From Massalongia carnosa (Eukaryota), in NCBI GenBank assembly GCA_965645245.1, contig OZ287067.1, positions 806,001 through 870,000 on the forward strand: a DNA stretch of 64,000 nt, written 5' to 3'. The position numbers and the translations under genes were made by a program. Positions 42,792-55,276 of the stretch are shown here, piece after piece. How positions within the stretch are numbered: the stretch's first letter is position 1; each line of letters begins with the position of its first letter. The notes under the pieces were generated by a model. That model saw only the letters and a list, made by a program, of their open reading frames with translations, had not been told where the DNA came from and did not search any database.

Positions 42792-44667
42792 TCATTCGTT
42801 GGGAATGGGCGACTGCTTTTGCTCTCCAGAATTCAGCCACCCAAAGGCAGAAGCCCCGCCAATTGGATTTGCAGATCTCGGCTTGCCGGTGAGCAGCTGA
42901 ATTGGTGTTTTGGCATCGCCGGACGAAGGTCTCCGATCGCTGGCGGAGCTTACGATAGGTTGGTTCTCGTTGGTCGTCGAAGTAGTACTTCGACCAGTTT
43001 CTCCAGAGCGGGTTAGCGCCGGTTCAAACCCAACCGGGGTTTGGATGCTAGATGTTGGTCGAAGCGTATTTAGTCTAGCTGGTTTAAGCACCTTCATGCC
43101 TCTCCCACGCCCGGCCCTTTGGTATCCCGAAGTAGTCGTAGCATTCGACGAATTCAAATCTTGCCGACCATTCTGCACTGCATCGCGCCTCCAAGAGCCC
43201 CATATATTTCCGCTTTCGGCCTTCAGCGGCGCGTCAGCTGAGTTCCCATTCGTCAGGGGTTCCGGATCATGGATCTCAGTACTTGATCTCGTAGAGTTAT
43301 TTTTATCGCGGTTTTCTCGGTCCTCAAGTGATTTCCGTCCTTCTCCAATGACCGAAGGCGAAAGGATAGAAGTGGAGACAGCTAGCGAAGGTTGAAGCTT
43401 GACTTCATCTGAAAAAAGCTCCTGCGGTTTACTTGCCAGCTCCACAGTTGGCTCTGGTGTCAGCTGTTGTTCTGGATGTTGGTTTTTTCCGCTGCCTAAC
43501 GAATCTGTGATTGTTTTCTCTTTCAGCTTGTTGAAATCAAAGTTTGTCGTTTGTAGGCTTTGAAAAGCATGCGCGTTCTCCGGCCGCACCAATGGTATAG
43601 AAAGCTTATTACGTTCGTCATCAAATAGAGTCATGCGGTCAAGAGAAAAATGTATATCAGCATTCTGAGCACGAAGAATGTCACACCCAAGAAAAACTTG
43701 AATGGCTTCGGACTTCATCAGAAAGCTGTGAACGCTGAACTCGACAGTGAGCACTGGCAACTGCGGTGCAGGACTGTTGGCGCGAGATGATGGTTGTTGG
43801 ATTGTCGCTTCGGGAAAGTAGACCGGGATCTTGAGTATTCTCTCCCCTTGATGGTTCGTGGTGATTTGATCCTCGAAGCCCAATCTAGAAACAAGGCAAC
43901 TATCCAGCATGGATCGATACGACCCCGTACAGACAGCTGCGTAAAGCAAAGAGTCATTAGAGAATTTAGTGTCCAACCAGCAGCGGATTATTGAAGGTAC
44001 TGGACCCAAGATGAACAAACCGGGAGGAGGGCCCGACGGAACAAAAGGAGCTACAGCAGCAGATAACGGACGAGTTTCGAACCCAAAACTGCTAGCACGA
44101 GCAGAGTGAGTGGATTGCCCTGCAGAACTATGCCGCCCGTCTGATTTGTGTGATGATGATCTTTCAGTCATTGGATGACTTCCGATGCCGCTGCCCGTGC
44201 GTAGTGGAAGGAAATCGGTCGATGAACGAGCAGCATGCCCAAAATGACCATGTAAAGCAGTTTCATCGAAGCGAACGCTATTAGCCCTAGAAGCACCACG
44301 CCTTGGCTCATCATCAGTGTCCAAATGTAAGCTCCCCAGCAGACTATTGGACTGATCTTGGTCAAAATTCTTGAAGGCTTCTGCCGCAGGATTGTAGCCG
44401 AGGTCTATTCATCCAACATCTTAGTAGGTTTATGTAGCACTGGATATAAAGACACGTACCCTGTTGAGGAGTCCCATTGAAAATGCTTGGAAATGGAGAT
44501 TGAGTGCCCCAAACCGACTTCACACGAGTTTCATCAGCGTGACGTCGTTCAAGGCGCAACAGCCGGTCCGCATGCTCTGCTTGGGTGGCGTACACATTCT
44601 TCATCTCGTTCTGTAGTCGCCACAGATCGTCTCTCGAAGCCAGGCCGAACTGCGCATCCATACCCAA
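42792..44667 (-). CDS. Uncharacterised protein with an N-terminal coiled coil and a retropepsin-like central domain
   Basis: Exon 1 (coiled coil HADRLLRLERR), one intron near 44403-44459, then a long exon with YAAVCTGSYRS and VFLGCDILRAQNADIHF. Confidence 0.75.
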
Positions 44668-46684
44668 CAGCCTTGGAGAAAGGGTCCGGCCTACCCTTTA
44701 AGGATTGATCGCCGGATATTTTTCTGTCATTTATGCAGTCCTAGGCCGCTACCTACCAAGACAGGACTCTAGAAAGTATTGACACTGATTCTTCCACAAA
44801 CCACAACTTCTATACTGCTGCTCCGTTCCACCCTATGACCACCTCCCGCCCTTGTACGCCGCAAAGCAAGTAGATGTCCACCGCCCTAATAAGCCCGTCA
44901 GTTTTAGGATTGAGCGTCTTTTATTGTGTATACCTCCAAGTTTGTTCTTTACAGCTGATTTCGAAGTATGGGTTAATCGGAAATAGCTCAATAATTCCGA
45001 TGATGCAGAATGTAGAATGTGAGCCTCTTGGAGAATAGGCCACGGGATATTTGGTATGAAACCTTGTCCTCAGATGAAAAGCAGCCTAAGTCCTTATTAC
45101 TTATTGGGACTGCAAGTCACCGCAAATATGTGCAGAAGTTGCGATTCCGTATTCTGTGCTCTGTAGAGGCGTCTTGCTAAGAGGTGTGGCGCTCTGAAAA
45201 AAAGCGTTGTTTCTTAAATCGTACCACCTTCTTGGGCTCTTCGGTGGAAGGAGTGTTATAGTTTGTTGAAGGGGTGTATGGGGTAGACTAAGCCAGATTA
45301 GCCGATTTAGGTATCAAGACGTTCCAACTCAAGTTATTGCCTGATCTCTGTTGTTGCTGCAGCGATGAGTTCTAAAATTCTAAAAGATACAGGGTACCTG
45401 TGCTGTGGTAATGCCAAGAGCGAAACTGAAATGAGCAAGGGTAGTTATGTGGCTTATGTCACCTCCGCTTTTACAACACCTGATGCAACCTGTCCTCACA
45501 GTCTAGGTACGCTCTACTCTATACTTTGATTCTATCTAATGTTGAAGGGAAAGATATTATGAGAGACGCGGAAAGATGAAGCGAGCTAGAGAGGCGTAGT
45601 TTACATATGTAGCTAGTCTTTTCCCATCGAAGAGATAGCCAGACAAATACTCAGCACCTTACCCAATCACCATTTTCCACCCTGCCCATCCTGCTGCCAC
45701 CATCAACCCTAACTCAGGCAATGCAGATACAGACCCTATCATTCTTCCCCGCCCATCCGTCTTATTCGGGTTCGTGTAACCAATTGCATATGCGATCCTG
45801 GCGAGACACCACGCAACCCCCATGCCCGCGCTCGCAACCTAAAGGAGGTGGAATATATAGTCAGCAAATATCTTTTACGCTTTGGTTTTCCTTTAAACTG
45901 CCACGATACTGTCTAAAAACGAGGGAGAGAAAGATGGGAGAGGAGAGATGAGCGACGTACGGGATACCGCAGACCAGCCAGGAGTAGGGTGGCTAGAAAG
46001 CTAGGCTGATGCTCCAGGAAATTGGCTTGCTTTTAGTTTTCACAAGAAGATGAGATTAGCCTGCGATTTGGTCTAGGAGAAATGGCACAAGAGGAGGACG
46101 TACAGCGCGCTGTGCGCAATTGAATAGATATTTTGCCTTATCATCTTTGGCCTCAGCGTGCGGCGCATAGGCGTTCGGGTCTTTTGTTTGTATAAGCTTC
46201 AAGCAGTATCATAATTTTTTTACTTTTCAAATCCAGAAGAGACACAGAAGAAAAACAAGTCGGAGAGGGGGAGGGCAGTAAAGCATACAGGGGACTTTGG
46301 CAGCTTTCCGAAAGCCGCTAACGCGCATGCCGTGCCATTGGGCAACAAAGGTAGAGAAGGCGGCGGTGATTATTACGTAGCTGAAGGGAGAGGAATGAAT
46401 GATTAGTTAGGGTTGTGACGGGGCACTGAGGGAAGGACATCTTTTAGGATGTAATATGTACCCGTATTCTGCAGGGACGTTTATTGTGGAACCCAGCATG
46501 ATGGATGGTGAAGTCATAGTGTTTGTGTCTTTCAGTTTCTGATGAGCTTTTTTAGAGGAGAAAGGATTAGGTGAAGGGCCACGAATGGCGATGTTATGTA
46601 GAGATGCTCACCCGGATTCGGCTCGTCTATTGAGCCGGCGTCAGGGGCTTCGGTTTTCAGCGAGTTTCTCTCATCTTCCACATA

Positions 46685-48488
46685 ACGTAATTTACCCTCA
46701 TTCGGGTCAGCCCCCCATTCGGGTCACCCCATTAAAATCTAGCGACCGAAAAAAATTCTATCCTGTTTATCCACCACCACCATATATTTATCTATTAATT
46801 TGTAGATAAAATGTCCATTAATATGCCTACAATTGACTCTGCTACTAGATTACAGTTGGCTATCGAAGAATTAGCCAAAAATCCGGGCATTTCGCAGCGG
46901 GAAATAGCGCGCCTTTACGGAGTTCCTCAGTCGACTTTACAAGCCCGGCTCAAAGGCAGGCGGGCCGCAAAACACTATCATCAAGCCGCCCAAAGGCTAT
47001 CCGTCCACGAAGAACAGGCTCTGATTGATTGGATAGAGCGGATGACCTCATGGGGTTGGCCGCCTCGTATCCAACATTTGGAAGGCATGGCCAGAAGTCT
47101 CCTGAACGCCAAAGGGGACAAAAATCCGTTGGGTCGTCATTGGTATCAAAAGTTTCTGAAAAGGCATCCCGATTTCAAAATCAAATACAGTAGAAACCTC
47201 GATCAATCCAGAAAGGACGCTGGTAGTCCCGAAATTTTGCGTGATTGGTTCGAATTGTACACGACCACCTTGGTCAAATATGGGATTTCAGATGAAGATA
47301 CTTACAACATGGATGAAAAAGGCTTTGCTATGGGCATCGCAGACAGTTCGAAGGTCATAATCAAAGGAACAACAACACCATTCAATGTGCATCCGGAAAT
47401 AGGGACTGGGTTTCTCTTATTGAGTGCATATCATCCCGCGGAACAGTTCTTCCGGCTTATATCATTTTCCAAGGTGCCCAAGTTCAACCTGCATGGTATG
47501 ATGCCATGGAGACGAAGGCAGATACCGTTCGGGTCAGTCCCAATGGTTGGACGGATGCGGAGATAGGCCTTCATTGGTTGCAAACGGTGTTCAATAAGCA
47601 TACAAAACCTGAACGAGGCATGTATAGGATGCTAATTGTAGATGGCCATGAGAGTCACGTCTCCATTCCTTTTATGGAGTTTTGTGCCCAAGAGAAAATC
47701 ATACCCCTTTGTTTGCCACCACATTCAACTCATTTATTGCAGCCCCTGGATGTCGGTGTTTTTGGCCCTTTATCTAAGGCCTATAAACAACTCGTTTCCA
47801 GCCAATCACGTTACGGGCTTGTGACTATTTCTAAGCTATATTTTTTGCGCCTTATTCAGGTGGCTAGGAAACAGGCCATTACTACTACTAACATCATGAG
47901 TGCATGGCGGGGGGCAGGCCTCATCCCATTTAATCCAGGGCATGTTCTAGGCAAGTTGCCTAGGCCTATCACACCTCCTACCTATCCAAACACCGTCACC
48001 GATGCCCCCCAAACGGAGCAGCGAATCCAGGAAGTCAGCGATGCCCTTATATCCTGTATAACTCCATCTCTTCGCGCGCATGTTGAGTTGCTTAAAACAA
48101 CTGCTTTGAATGCCGTCGCTGATAGGGTTATTCTAAGGCACACCAATCAAGAACTGATTGATAAAAAGGCTCAGGGACGTCAAAAAGCATCCAGAAAGGG
48201 GGGTGTTAAAGCGAGGGTGCTGACTGTGGGTGAAAGGCAGGCGATTGCGGAGGAAAAACAGAGGAAGGAAGAAGCATTGGCCAAACAAAAGGAACGGTAC
48301 CATGCTTTAAATGGTAAAGTAAAGTTCGCAAAGGCCGTATGGAAGGAAATGCAGATGGATAGTGATGTTTTTAGTTAGTTTTGGGGATGGTGGAAGCAAT
48401 GTAATATTTTTCTTTGGTGTAGGGCGAAGGTTTTTTTTTTTGGTGGGGTGACCCGATTGGGTGGCTGACCCGAATGGGGGGCTGACCC
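46685..48488 (+). mobile_element. pogo/Fot1-family DNA transposon, near-intact transposase, right TIR tip missing
   Basis: TA|ACGTAATTTACCCTCATTCGGGTCAGCCCCCCATTCGGGTCACCCC left end; inverted copies of the internal repeats at about 48443-48488; ORFs 46811-47566 and 47506-48378 with NMDEKG, IVDGH and QPLDVG. Confidence 0.93.
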
Positions 48489-49869
48489 TATAGTTCTTTT
48501 CCGGACATGGATGAAGTAATCAAACTCCTTTCGACTTCTTCGGGATAATTATAATCTCTTTATGGTTAGCGTAAGCAGTTTGCCTGCCGTCCCTTGTATA
48601 GGTACCAGGCACCAGGCTGCAGCTGTCTGTCCATAAGCTACATAAAATAAAGCAGGAGACTCGTCCATGAAAAGAATAGAGCGAGATAACTGGGTCTTCT
48701 TCATCGGTTGTATCTTACTTTCAAAGAGCTTGAAAAAGATATCTTAGAAGCTCTATTATGTGGCTCTACTTATCATGTTTCACCCGCGCAACCAAACATA
48801 ATCATGTTCGTTAGCCAATATGAGGGGAATTGAAACTGAAATTGGCGGATGCTGATTACCTATGGAGGGTGGTTATTTATGCTACATACATGGACTAGCA
48901 CGAGGCTAAAGTAATGACACCAAATTAAAGAGCTTCCCTGTCATTCTGTGCCCGCTTCTACAGCCTCCCTATTCCCTTTCCTACCCAACACGTGATCAAA
49001 GCTAAGATTATGAATAGTGTACAAAACGGCTGCCTTCGCAGCCGAGGCTTTGAATATTATATTGCTTTGGCGGTCATCAGTTGCGGTGTCGAAGAATAAA
49101 TGAAGCAAAGACTAGTAATATGCCTTCTGGACACTACATATGATCAATTAGTCCCGATCCAATGGCTAAATCAACTAATGGGAAATGCGAAACTGCGGAA
49201 AGAGCCGATGAGCAAATATGTGGCCGTCGTTTGAAATTAGAAAATTGTAGTATGGAACTTAGGAAGCAAATAATTCGAACGACACTGAATTTAAAGCAAC
49301 GGCCTTCAATTCTATGTAGGCAAGTAGACACAATGATATTAACCATGAATCTAGGGAGCTGAAAGCCGGGGAGCATCGCTAGCGGCGTCATGAAAGGTGC
49401 TGCAACATGAGGCACGTCATGAGTCTTATTACAGATCATGCGTTCTACTCGCTGAGATAATCTGGGAACAAATAACCACGCACAAATTACGATGGGACAG
49501 TATCATCCAGCGCCGTAGATCTCGAACCCGCTCCCAGCACAACGGCCATGCAAGCCTGAGCATCCTTTGGACACGCAATATATATTATGATAGAGAAAAC
49601 GAGTGTTAAATTATGAAGGCGTGAAGAAAGAATATTGACCCGAGCTTTGTGTAAAGTCTAGATGTTGCTGGCAGCATCATTCAAAATCTCGGTGAGTTCC
49701 TCATAGGACGCATCCTCAGGAACTATCAAAGTTGCAGCTTCAGCATGGGAACCGTGTTTCCTTATCCAGTCTTTGGGACTTCCGTTCCGCCTCAGGCGTA
49801 AGAAGTAGATTGACGGAATTCAATGTTCAGTTGATCACCTCGAGTCCAACTCCAACTCTACATTTGATC

Positions 49870-50710
49870 ATGTCACTGATAGGAGTGACCCTTTCACGAA
49901 CCATCCGACGGACCTATCTCCGAAGGCCAACGGTCAAATCATACCTTCATCACCCAAGCATTGTCCGAGAGCATGCAAGTATGAGGTTACAAGAAGATTG
50001 CAATTCTTCTTATGAGTCATTATTTCGGCACACTTCTCGGAGATGGATGTAAGTACATCATACGGATAATCAGCCGTGACTATTTTCCTAACGTGATCGG
50101 CAAGTTTCAATTGAAAAGAGCTTATGGCTGAACGATATGTTCGCTTCAACATACCCGATTTGATGCGTATCGCCGCGAAGGCGGTAGAACAAGACAGATG
50201 TGTGAACTTCGTAAAGGTCACCGAAGGTGGTTTCAATAAGATATTCCTTCTTATGATGGATGATGGATATGAAGTGATCGCCCGGATCCCTACGCCAATT
50301 GCCAGACCGCCTCATTGCATGACCGCCAGCGAGGTTGCAACCATGGAGTTTCTTCGTACCCGACTGGACATACCAGCACCAAGGGTATTCGTATGGGCCT
50401 CCCAGGTTGATTGCAATAATTCTGTCAATGCAGAGTACATCTTAATAGAGAAATTGCAAGGAGAGAGTCTTGGTTCTTGCTAGGGTCGCTTTCCTCAGCA
50501 GAACTCGTCGAAGTTGTCAAACAAATTCTCGATATTGAGAACCGGCTTTTCTTAGCTCGCTTTTTAAAACACGGAAGCTTGTACTGCAAAAGGGACTTGG
50601 AAGAAAAATTTCAGGAAGGTGAGCCATACAAACTAACTAATGTAGACCTTTGTGACAGATTTTGTATTGGGCCTATCACGACCAGATCATTCTAGGCAGA
50701 GGAGCGCTTT
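49870..50710 (+). pseudogene. Truncated APH/AIM9-like phosphotransferase pseudogene
   Basis: LFRHTSRRW|..ERYVRFN..EGGFNKIFLL..VIARIP..TASEVATMEFLR..AEYILIEK..HGSLY; stops at about 50112, 50481 and 50693; no catalytic C-lobe follows. Confidence 0.85.
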
Positions 50711-51068
50711 TGTACCGCTATGATGAGTGCCGTGGCGACCCTCCACCACCAATACAAATCATTCATGGTACTATTTACTAAGCAACGATATCTCCATCTA
50801 CTTAATCTTCAGTCGAGTAGGTGTGGTAGGCGCTTAGCAAGTAGGCCCAGACACCACTGTCACACTTGAAAAGGCCCGGTCGAAGAATCAAAGCAAGTTA
50901 TCCTCTATATCAGAATCACATCCACTCCTGAACACAAAGATGCCAGAATCTTTTTGCAGTAAAGCAATGCGAATGGTATGATCAGCGTTAGAGAAAGCCA
51001 TATTTTCTGGTTCACCATAGCAAAGACGAAGGAACGGTGTGGTACTCCGTCTCGGTGGATGAACGTAA

Positions 51069-51230
51069 GAGGACGGCGAAAATGCTTCTTTTGCGAGGAG
51101 TTGATACATCAGCTACAGATAAAAAGAGAACACATAGTTATATTTGGGTATTGAGATCGGATCAAACCATATGACGACATCGCTTTGGGACAGAGGAGTA
51201 GTTACATCTACTAGGGATAATGGAGAAAAG
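51069..51230 (+). pseudogene. Ankyrin-repeat remnant
   Basis: TAKMLLLRGVDTSATDK, then a frameshift, then ENT*LYLGIEIGSNHMTTSLWDRGVVTSTRDNGEK, matching ankyrin periodicity. Confidence 0.5.
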
Positions 51231-52913
51231 TCGATCACAATTTGGCCTTCACGAGCCATCGAAGTCGTGCCAGCGGTACTTCTGCTTACCTGAAGCCCTG
51301 AAGGTGAGTGTACTCCGTGCAGCTGGATTTGCGAAGTGAACAGTCGCAGCGAGGCTAGGGAACTCCTTCACTTAAGCGTCAAGGTAGTTCATTCACTACG
51401 CGCTCTGAGGTAGATTCCTTAATGCGGTCATAGATTATAGTCTTCACCTTTAAGGAATATTTGCCATAGGTATTTCTTTCAGGAATTTTTCTTTCCTATC
51501 ATCGAGATTACTGGTTGACATTTCTAGAATGACTTCTTAAAGTTTATAAAAGTCGTCGGGAGTGTTCCTGTTTTGGAGCGTAACCCATCTCTCATTTCGA
51601 TTATGATGATGATCAGTGCGGATATCGCTTAACTCATTGGTCTATATGAACGAGGGGTTCAAAAAGATGTTCGCCCGAAAGATAGATACATTTGAGGTAC
51701 CAAAGAATAGTCATGGCAAAATCCATGGTAGCAGAAACAACATTCGAGTGAGAGGTTTTGCTCGTTGAATGTTCACACACGCAGCAATCCTAATCGATGT
51801 ATACCATCGAGAAGGGATTCTTCGTATCGCATACTTACTAATCTCTTGGTGAGCGAGTATATCCGAAACACGAGGTTAGCCAAGCTTCGCCAGACCTGTT
51901 AGAGCACTATGAAGCACGATTAGCATATAGGGTGTCTCGGCAAGGTTGGCTAGGATACTCTTGATACTGGTCCATTTTGACATTTTGATGAAGCAGCAGC
52001 TCAAGAGATGGCTCAGTTTTCTATCTATTATATTGCTCTTGCAGCGCAAGATCCGTAGTATAATATGAACAGGAGATATTGCGGTAGCTCGGTTGAAGTT
52101 ATAAAAATAGAGTTGATTTCCTTACTTTGGGATTCCAGGATTAAACCTTAATACGCTTAATGGTATTTCTAGGAAGGCACGAAGGATATTTGCACCCGTA
52201 GACAGGAAGATTATATATTGCATATCCTGCTGGATGCCCAAAGACTATCAGCAACCCCGGAAGGATGAATGCAATGGAGGACTCAAAACTGGACATCATT
52301 GTTCGATGGTCCGGTCGTCACATAATTTGTCTCCCAAAGGGTCGGTTACTGACTCCCATCGAAGGTTGGATCACTTCGTTCCAAGTGGGATGTAGCAAGG
52401 AATCAACTCATCAAGTGAACACTCGCACTTCGAGGAGGGCAGGGGAGTGAAGGAAAAGCGCTGATAATAACTAAAATGAACTCTTTTCAGCTCGCAAATC
52501 TATCGCTTTCTATCGGAAATGGGGCTGAAAGAAATAATTCAGAACTTCTAGATAAATCAGTTTGAAATGATGTGTTTTAGGAATATATGTTGACCATGAG
52601 GCGTTCAGCCAGACATTCTTTTATATACATCCAGACAGTGGGACAAGCTACTGCCCTGTCTAGCAAGGTCTTGTTTGCTCGAATCACCTAATGAGCTTCA
52701 TCACACGAATCCGGAAAATCCGAGCTTGCTAGAAAACTATTTTCATATTGAAACTCTTCAATGTAAATCAAGGCGATCCTATTCCCAGCGAGCGTTAAGG
52801 AGATCCCAAATAGCTGTATACCAAGTTCGGTGTTTTTACTGCGTAGTGGAAGCTGCTCTAGCTCTCTTTATCTGCTCCGATTCTTTGAATCCCACTGACT
52901 AATCGTGCTAGAC

Positions 52914-54807
52914 CACTTTCGGAATGCAGAGAGCACCCCGGCTCAAAGACGCTACCGGCTCAAAGACGCATTTTTCAACACCTCAACATTAAATTAATCA
53001 GATCTTTATGAAAAGACGTCCAAATAGCTTCATTTCGGGTTCAAAATATACGGCTCAGTCTGTTCTACTAACGGGCCCTGCCCTAGTAAAAATCGGATGT
53101 TGTCTAACTGGGTTGATGAGGCCTTTCCCCCCTTATTAGTCTCCCTTTGTTCCTTTCGTCTAGCCTTTTCTTCTTTTTTTTGACGAATTGAACATAATTC
53201 TCTACATTGACTGACTTTTATGCCTCCACCCTTTGTAGCTACCTGACCTCCGAGAGCGGCCCGACTTTTACGCGATGTGCTGGCTTTTTGCACTTGCTGA
53301 AGGTCCCGCCTAGTCAAATCTAGGGTGTTGGCGGAGGTGATGGAGGCCCTAATAAAGTTCTGAAAACCGTCCACTGTTTTTTTATTCATCCATCCACCGA
53401 TCGGCCCGGCCGCGGTCAATGCCCTTTGCAATTTGTGACCGAATTTTCTGATTTATTCAGGGCCTCGAGGGATGCGCTCATGAGATTGAAGAAGTGGGGG
53501 CTCGGGGTGCTGGGTTCATTCATAATTTCCAAGGCTGCAGCTTGCTTCTGACGAATGACGTCGAGTACCATGTTCGGATTGAATGGGACGATGCCGGTGG
53601 TCCTGAATGCATGACGAATAGTAGATGATTTGAATGTCTTGTTGCGAAATTCCTGGAATGCGGCTAAAATTCCAATTTTCCAAATTCTGTGTCTCCCATT
53701 CGTATCGCATGATCAATGGCCTCAGAATGATAGTGTTTGTACGGCTGAAAAACACCTACATCTAATGGCTGAGTCAAATGAGTAGAATGTGCTGGAAGAC
53801 GAAATAGAACGATCTGATTTTCAGTGGCCAGCCTCAAAAACGGAATGGTTGAATGAGACCCAAACCCGTCGATGACTAGAAGTAGCCAAGCTCCACGTCT
53901 TTTAGTCCGTGTATGCTCGATGAAATGACGAAGCCAATCCATGGCTAAATCGTCAGTTGAATACCCGGTCTCGCTGGTCCCAATCAACGTCTCTCCGTCG
54001 AGATCGTTGTGTTGGCACCATTTATGAAGAATATGAATACCCGAAAGAATAAGTAATGGTGGAATAACGTCACCGGCCGAGCTGATACACTCTACAGAAG
54101 TAATGTAGTCACGATTATCCGGATCAGTCATACGAAGAGGCTTTCGTGGGTCCAAGGTAATTACTATTTGAGCTCGTCCGCATCCAATTCGAAAGCCTGT
54201 TTCGTCCATATTCCATACATCCAGCTCCGTTATTCCCTTTTACCTCATCACTCTTTCTAATTTGCTGAAATATTCAACCATATCGTTAACGTCGTGACTA
54301 TTTTTTCGATCGACCGCGAGAGGCTTCTGTTTTCGTACATGAAACTCGGGATTTCGATCAAGAAATCGCTTCAGCCACTGATGACCAAGAGTACGATTCT
54401 CAAAACGAATCAGATAATTTGCAGCTCCCACGATCAATTTGGGTCACGCACACATGTTGGCCTTGTCCAATCGCTCGATGTAGTGACGAGCAGCTTGTTC
54501 TTGCTCATCCGTCAGAGCTTTGTTAGTACTAGGTCGACTGCTTTTGGAGTTGCCTCCATTCCATCGTTTTTGAACCGTACGAGGGGCAACGTCAAAAGCT
54601 ATGGCTGCAGCTCGACAATTAGTATACAAACTATCGTTGTAACGCGTCAATTGCACTGTCAACTCGATCCTCGATAGCTGAATATGAGTTGACCATTATG
54701 TTGTTGATTGTTGACGTGTCGAAGTTGAGGTGGAAAACGTTGAAAATGCGTCTTTGAGCCGGTAAGCACTCGTGGCACTGAGGGGTGCTCTCTGCATTCC
54801 GAAAGTG
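52914..54807 (-). mobile_element. pogo/Fot1-family DNA transposon, inactivated
   Basis: Perfect 26-bp TIRs CACTTTCGGAATGCAGAGAGCACCCC (52914-52939 and 54782-54807) with subterminal CCGGCTCAAAGACGC repeats; fragmented transposase with NMDETG, VIDGF and QPLDVG; TA on the right flank only. Confidence 0.93.
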
Positions 54808-55276
54808 TATCCAGCTAGGGTTAGTTGGAAAAAATACTGATTGTGACGGCTCATGCATCGATTTCCCCCTCGTTCACTATCGACCCACTTATGATGGTTT
54901 GTTCGTATTTAATTGAAGAGCGACAAGAGAGTTTCCTTGGGAGGAGGAATCACCTGTATGATAGTTGAGGTTTATCAGCTCACGTCCCTTATTTGATACA
55001 TTCACCTGAAATTTGAAGATTATGGCCAAGCTTTGATTTTGAAAAGATCTGCCTTTGAACCACTCAAACCACATCGGAACCAAATCTAACATCGAACTAC
55101 CTACCACGATGGAAATGGAAGAATCTACACATTTGGTACTTGTTTTCTTTCTTTCGCATTTTATTGGCTACATTCTATTCTGCACAGGCATAGGAATAGG
55201 ACTTATGTAAAACACCCCTTATCTCTATTTTCCTGACATACCGATCTTGCTTTTGCGTTTTTTGTGCCCACTCCAT

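Noticed and set aside
47390..47400. Programmed frameshift in the pogo transposase
   Set aside because: No slippery heptamer; pogo transposases are normally one ORF and a 1-nt deletion explains it.
49870..50710. A-to-I editing rescue (UAG to UGG) of the phosphotransferase, as in Sordariomycete premature-stop genes
   Set aside because: There is also a TGA at about 50112 at a non-Trp position, conserved Gly residues are mutated and the catalytic half is missing; ordinary decay fits better.
46685..54807. Composite transposon formed by the two pogo elements
   Set aside because: The outer ends have unrelated TIR sequences (ACGTAATT.. versus CACTTTCG..), so one transposase is unlikely to pair them.
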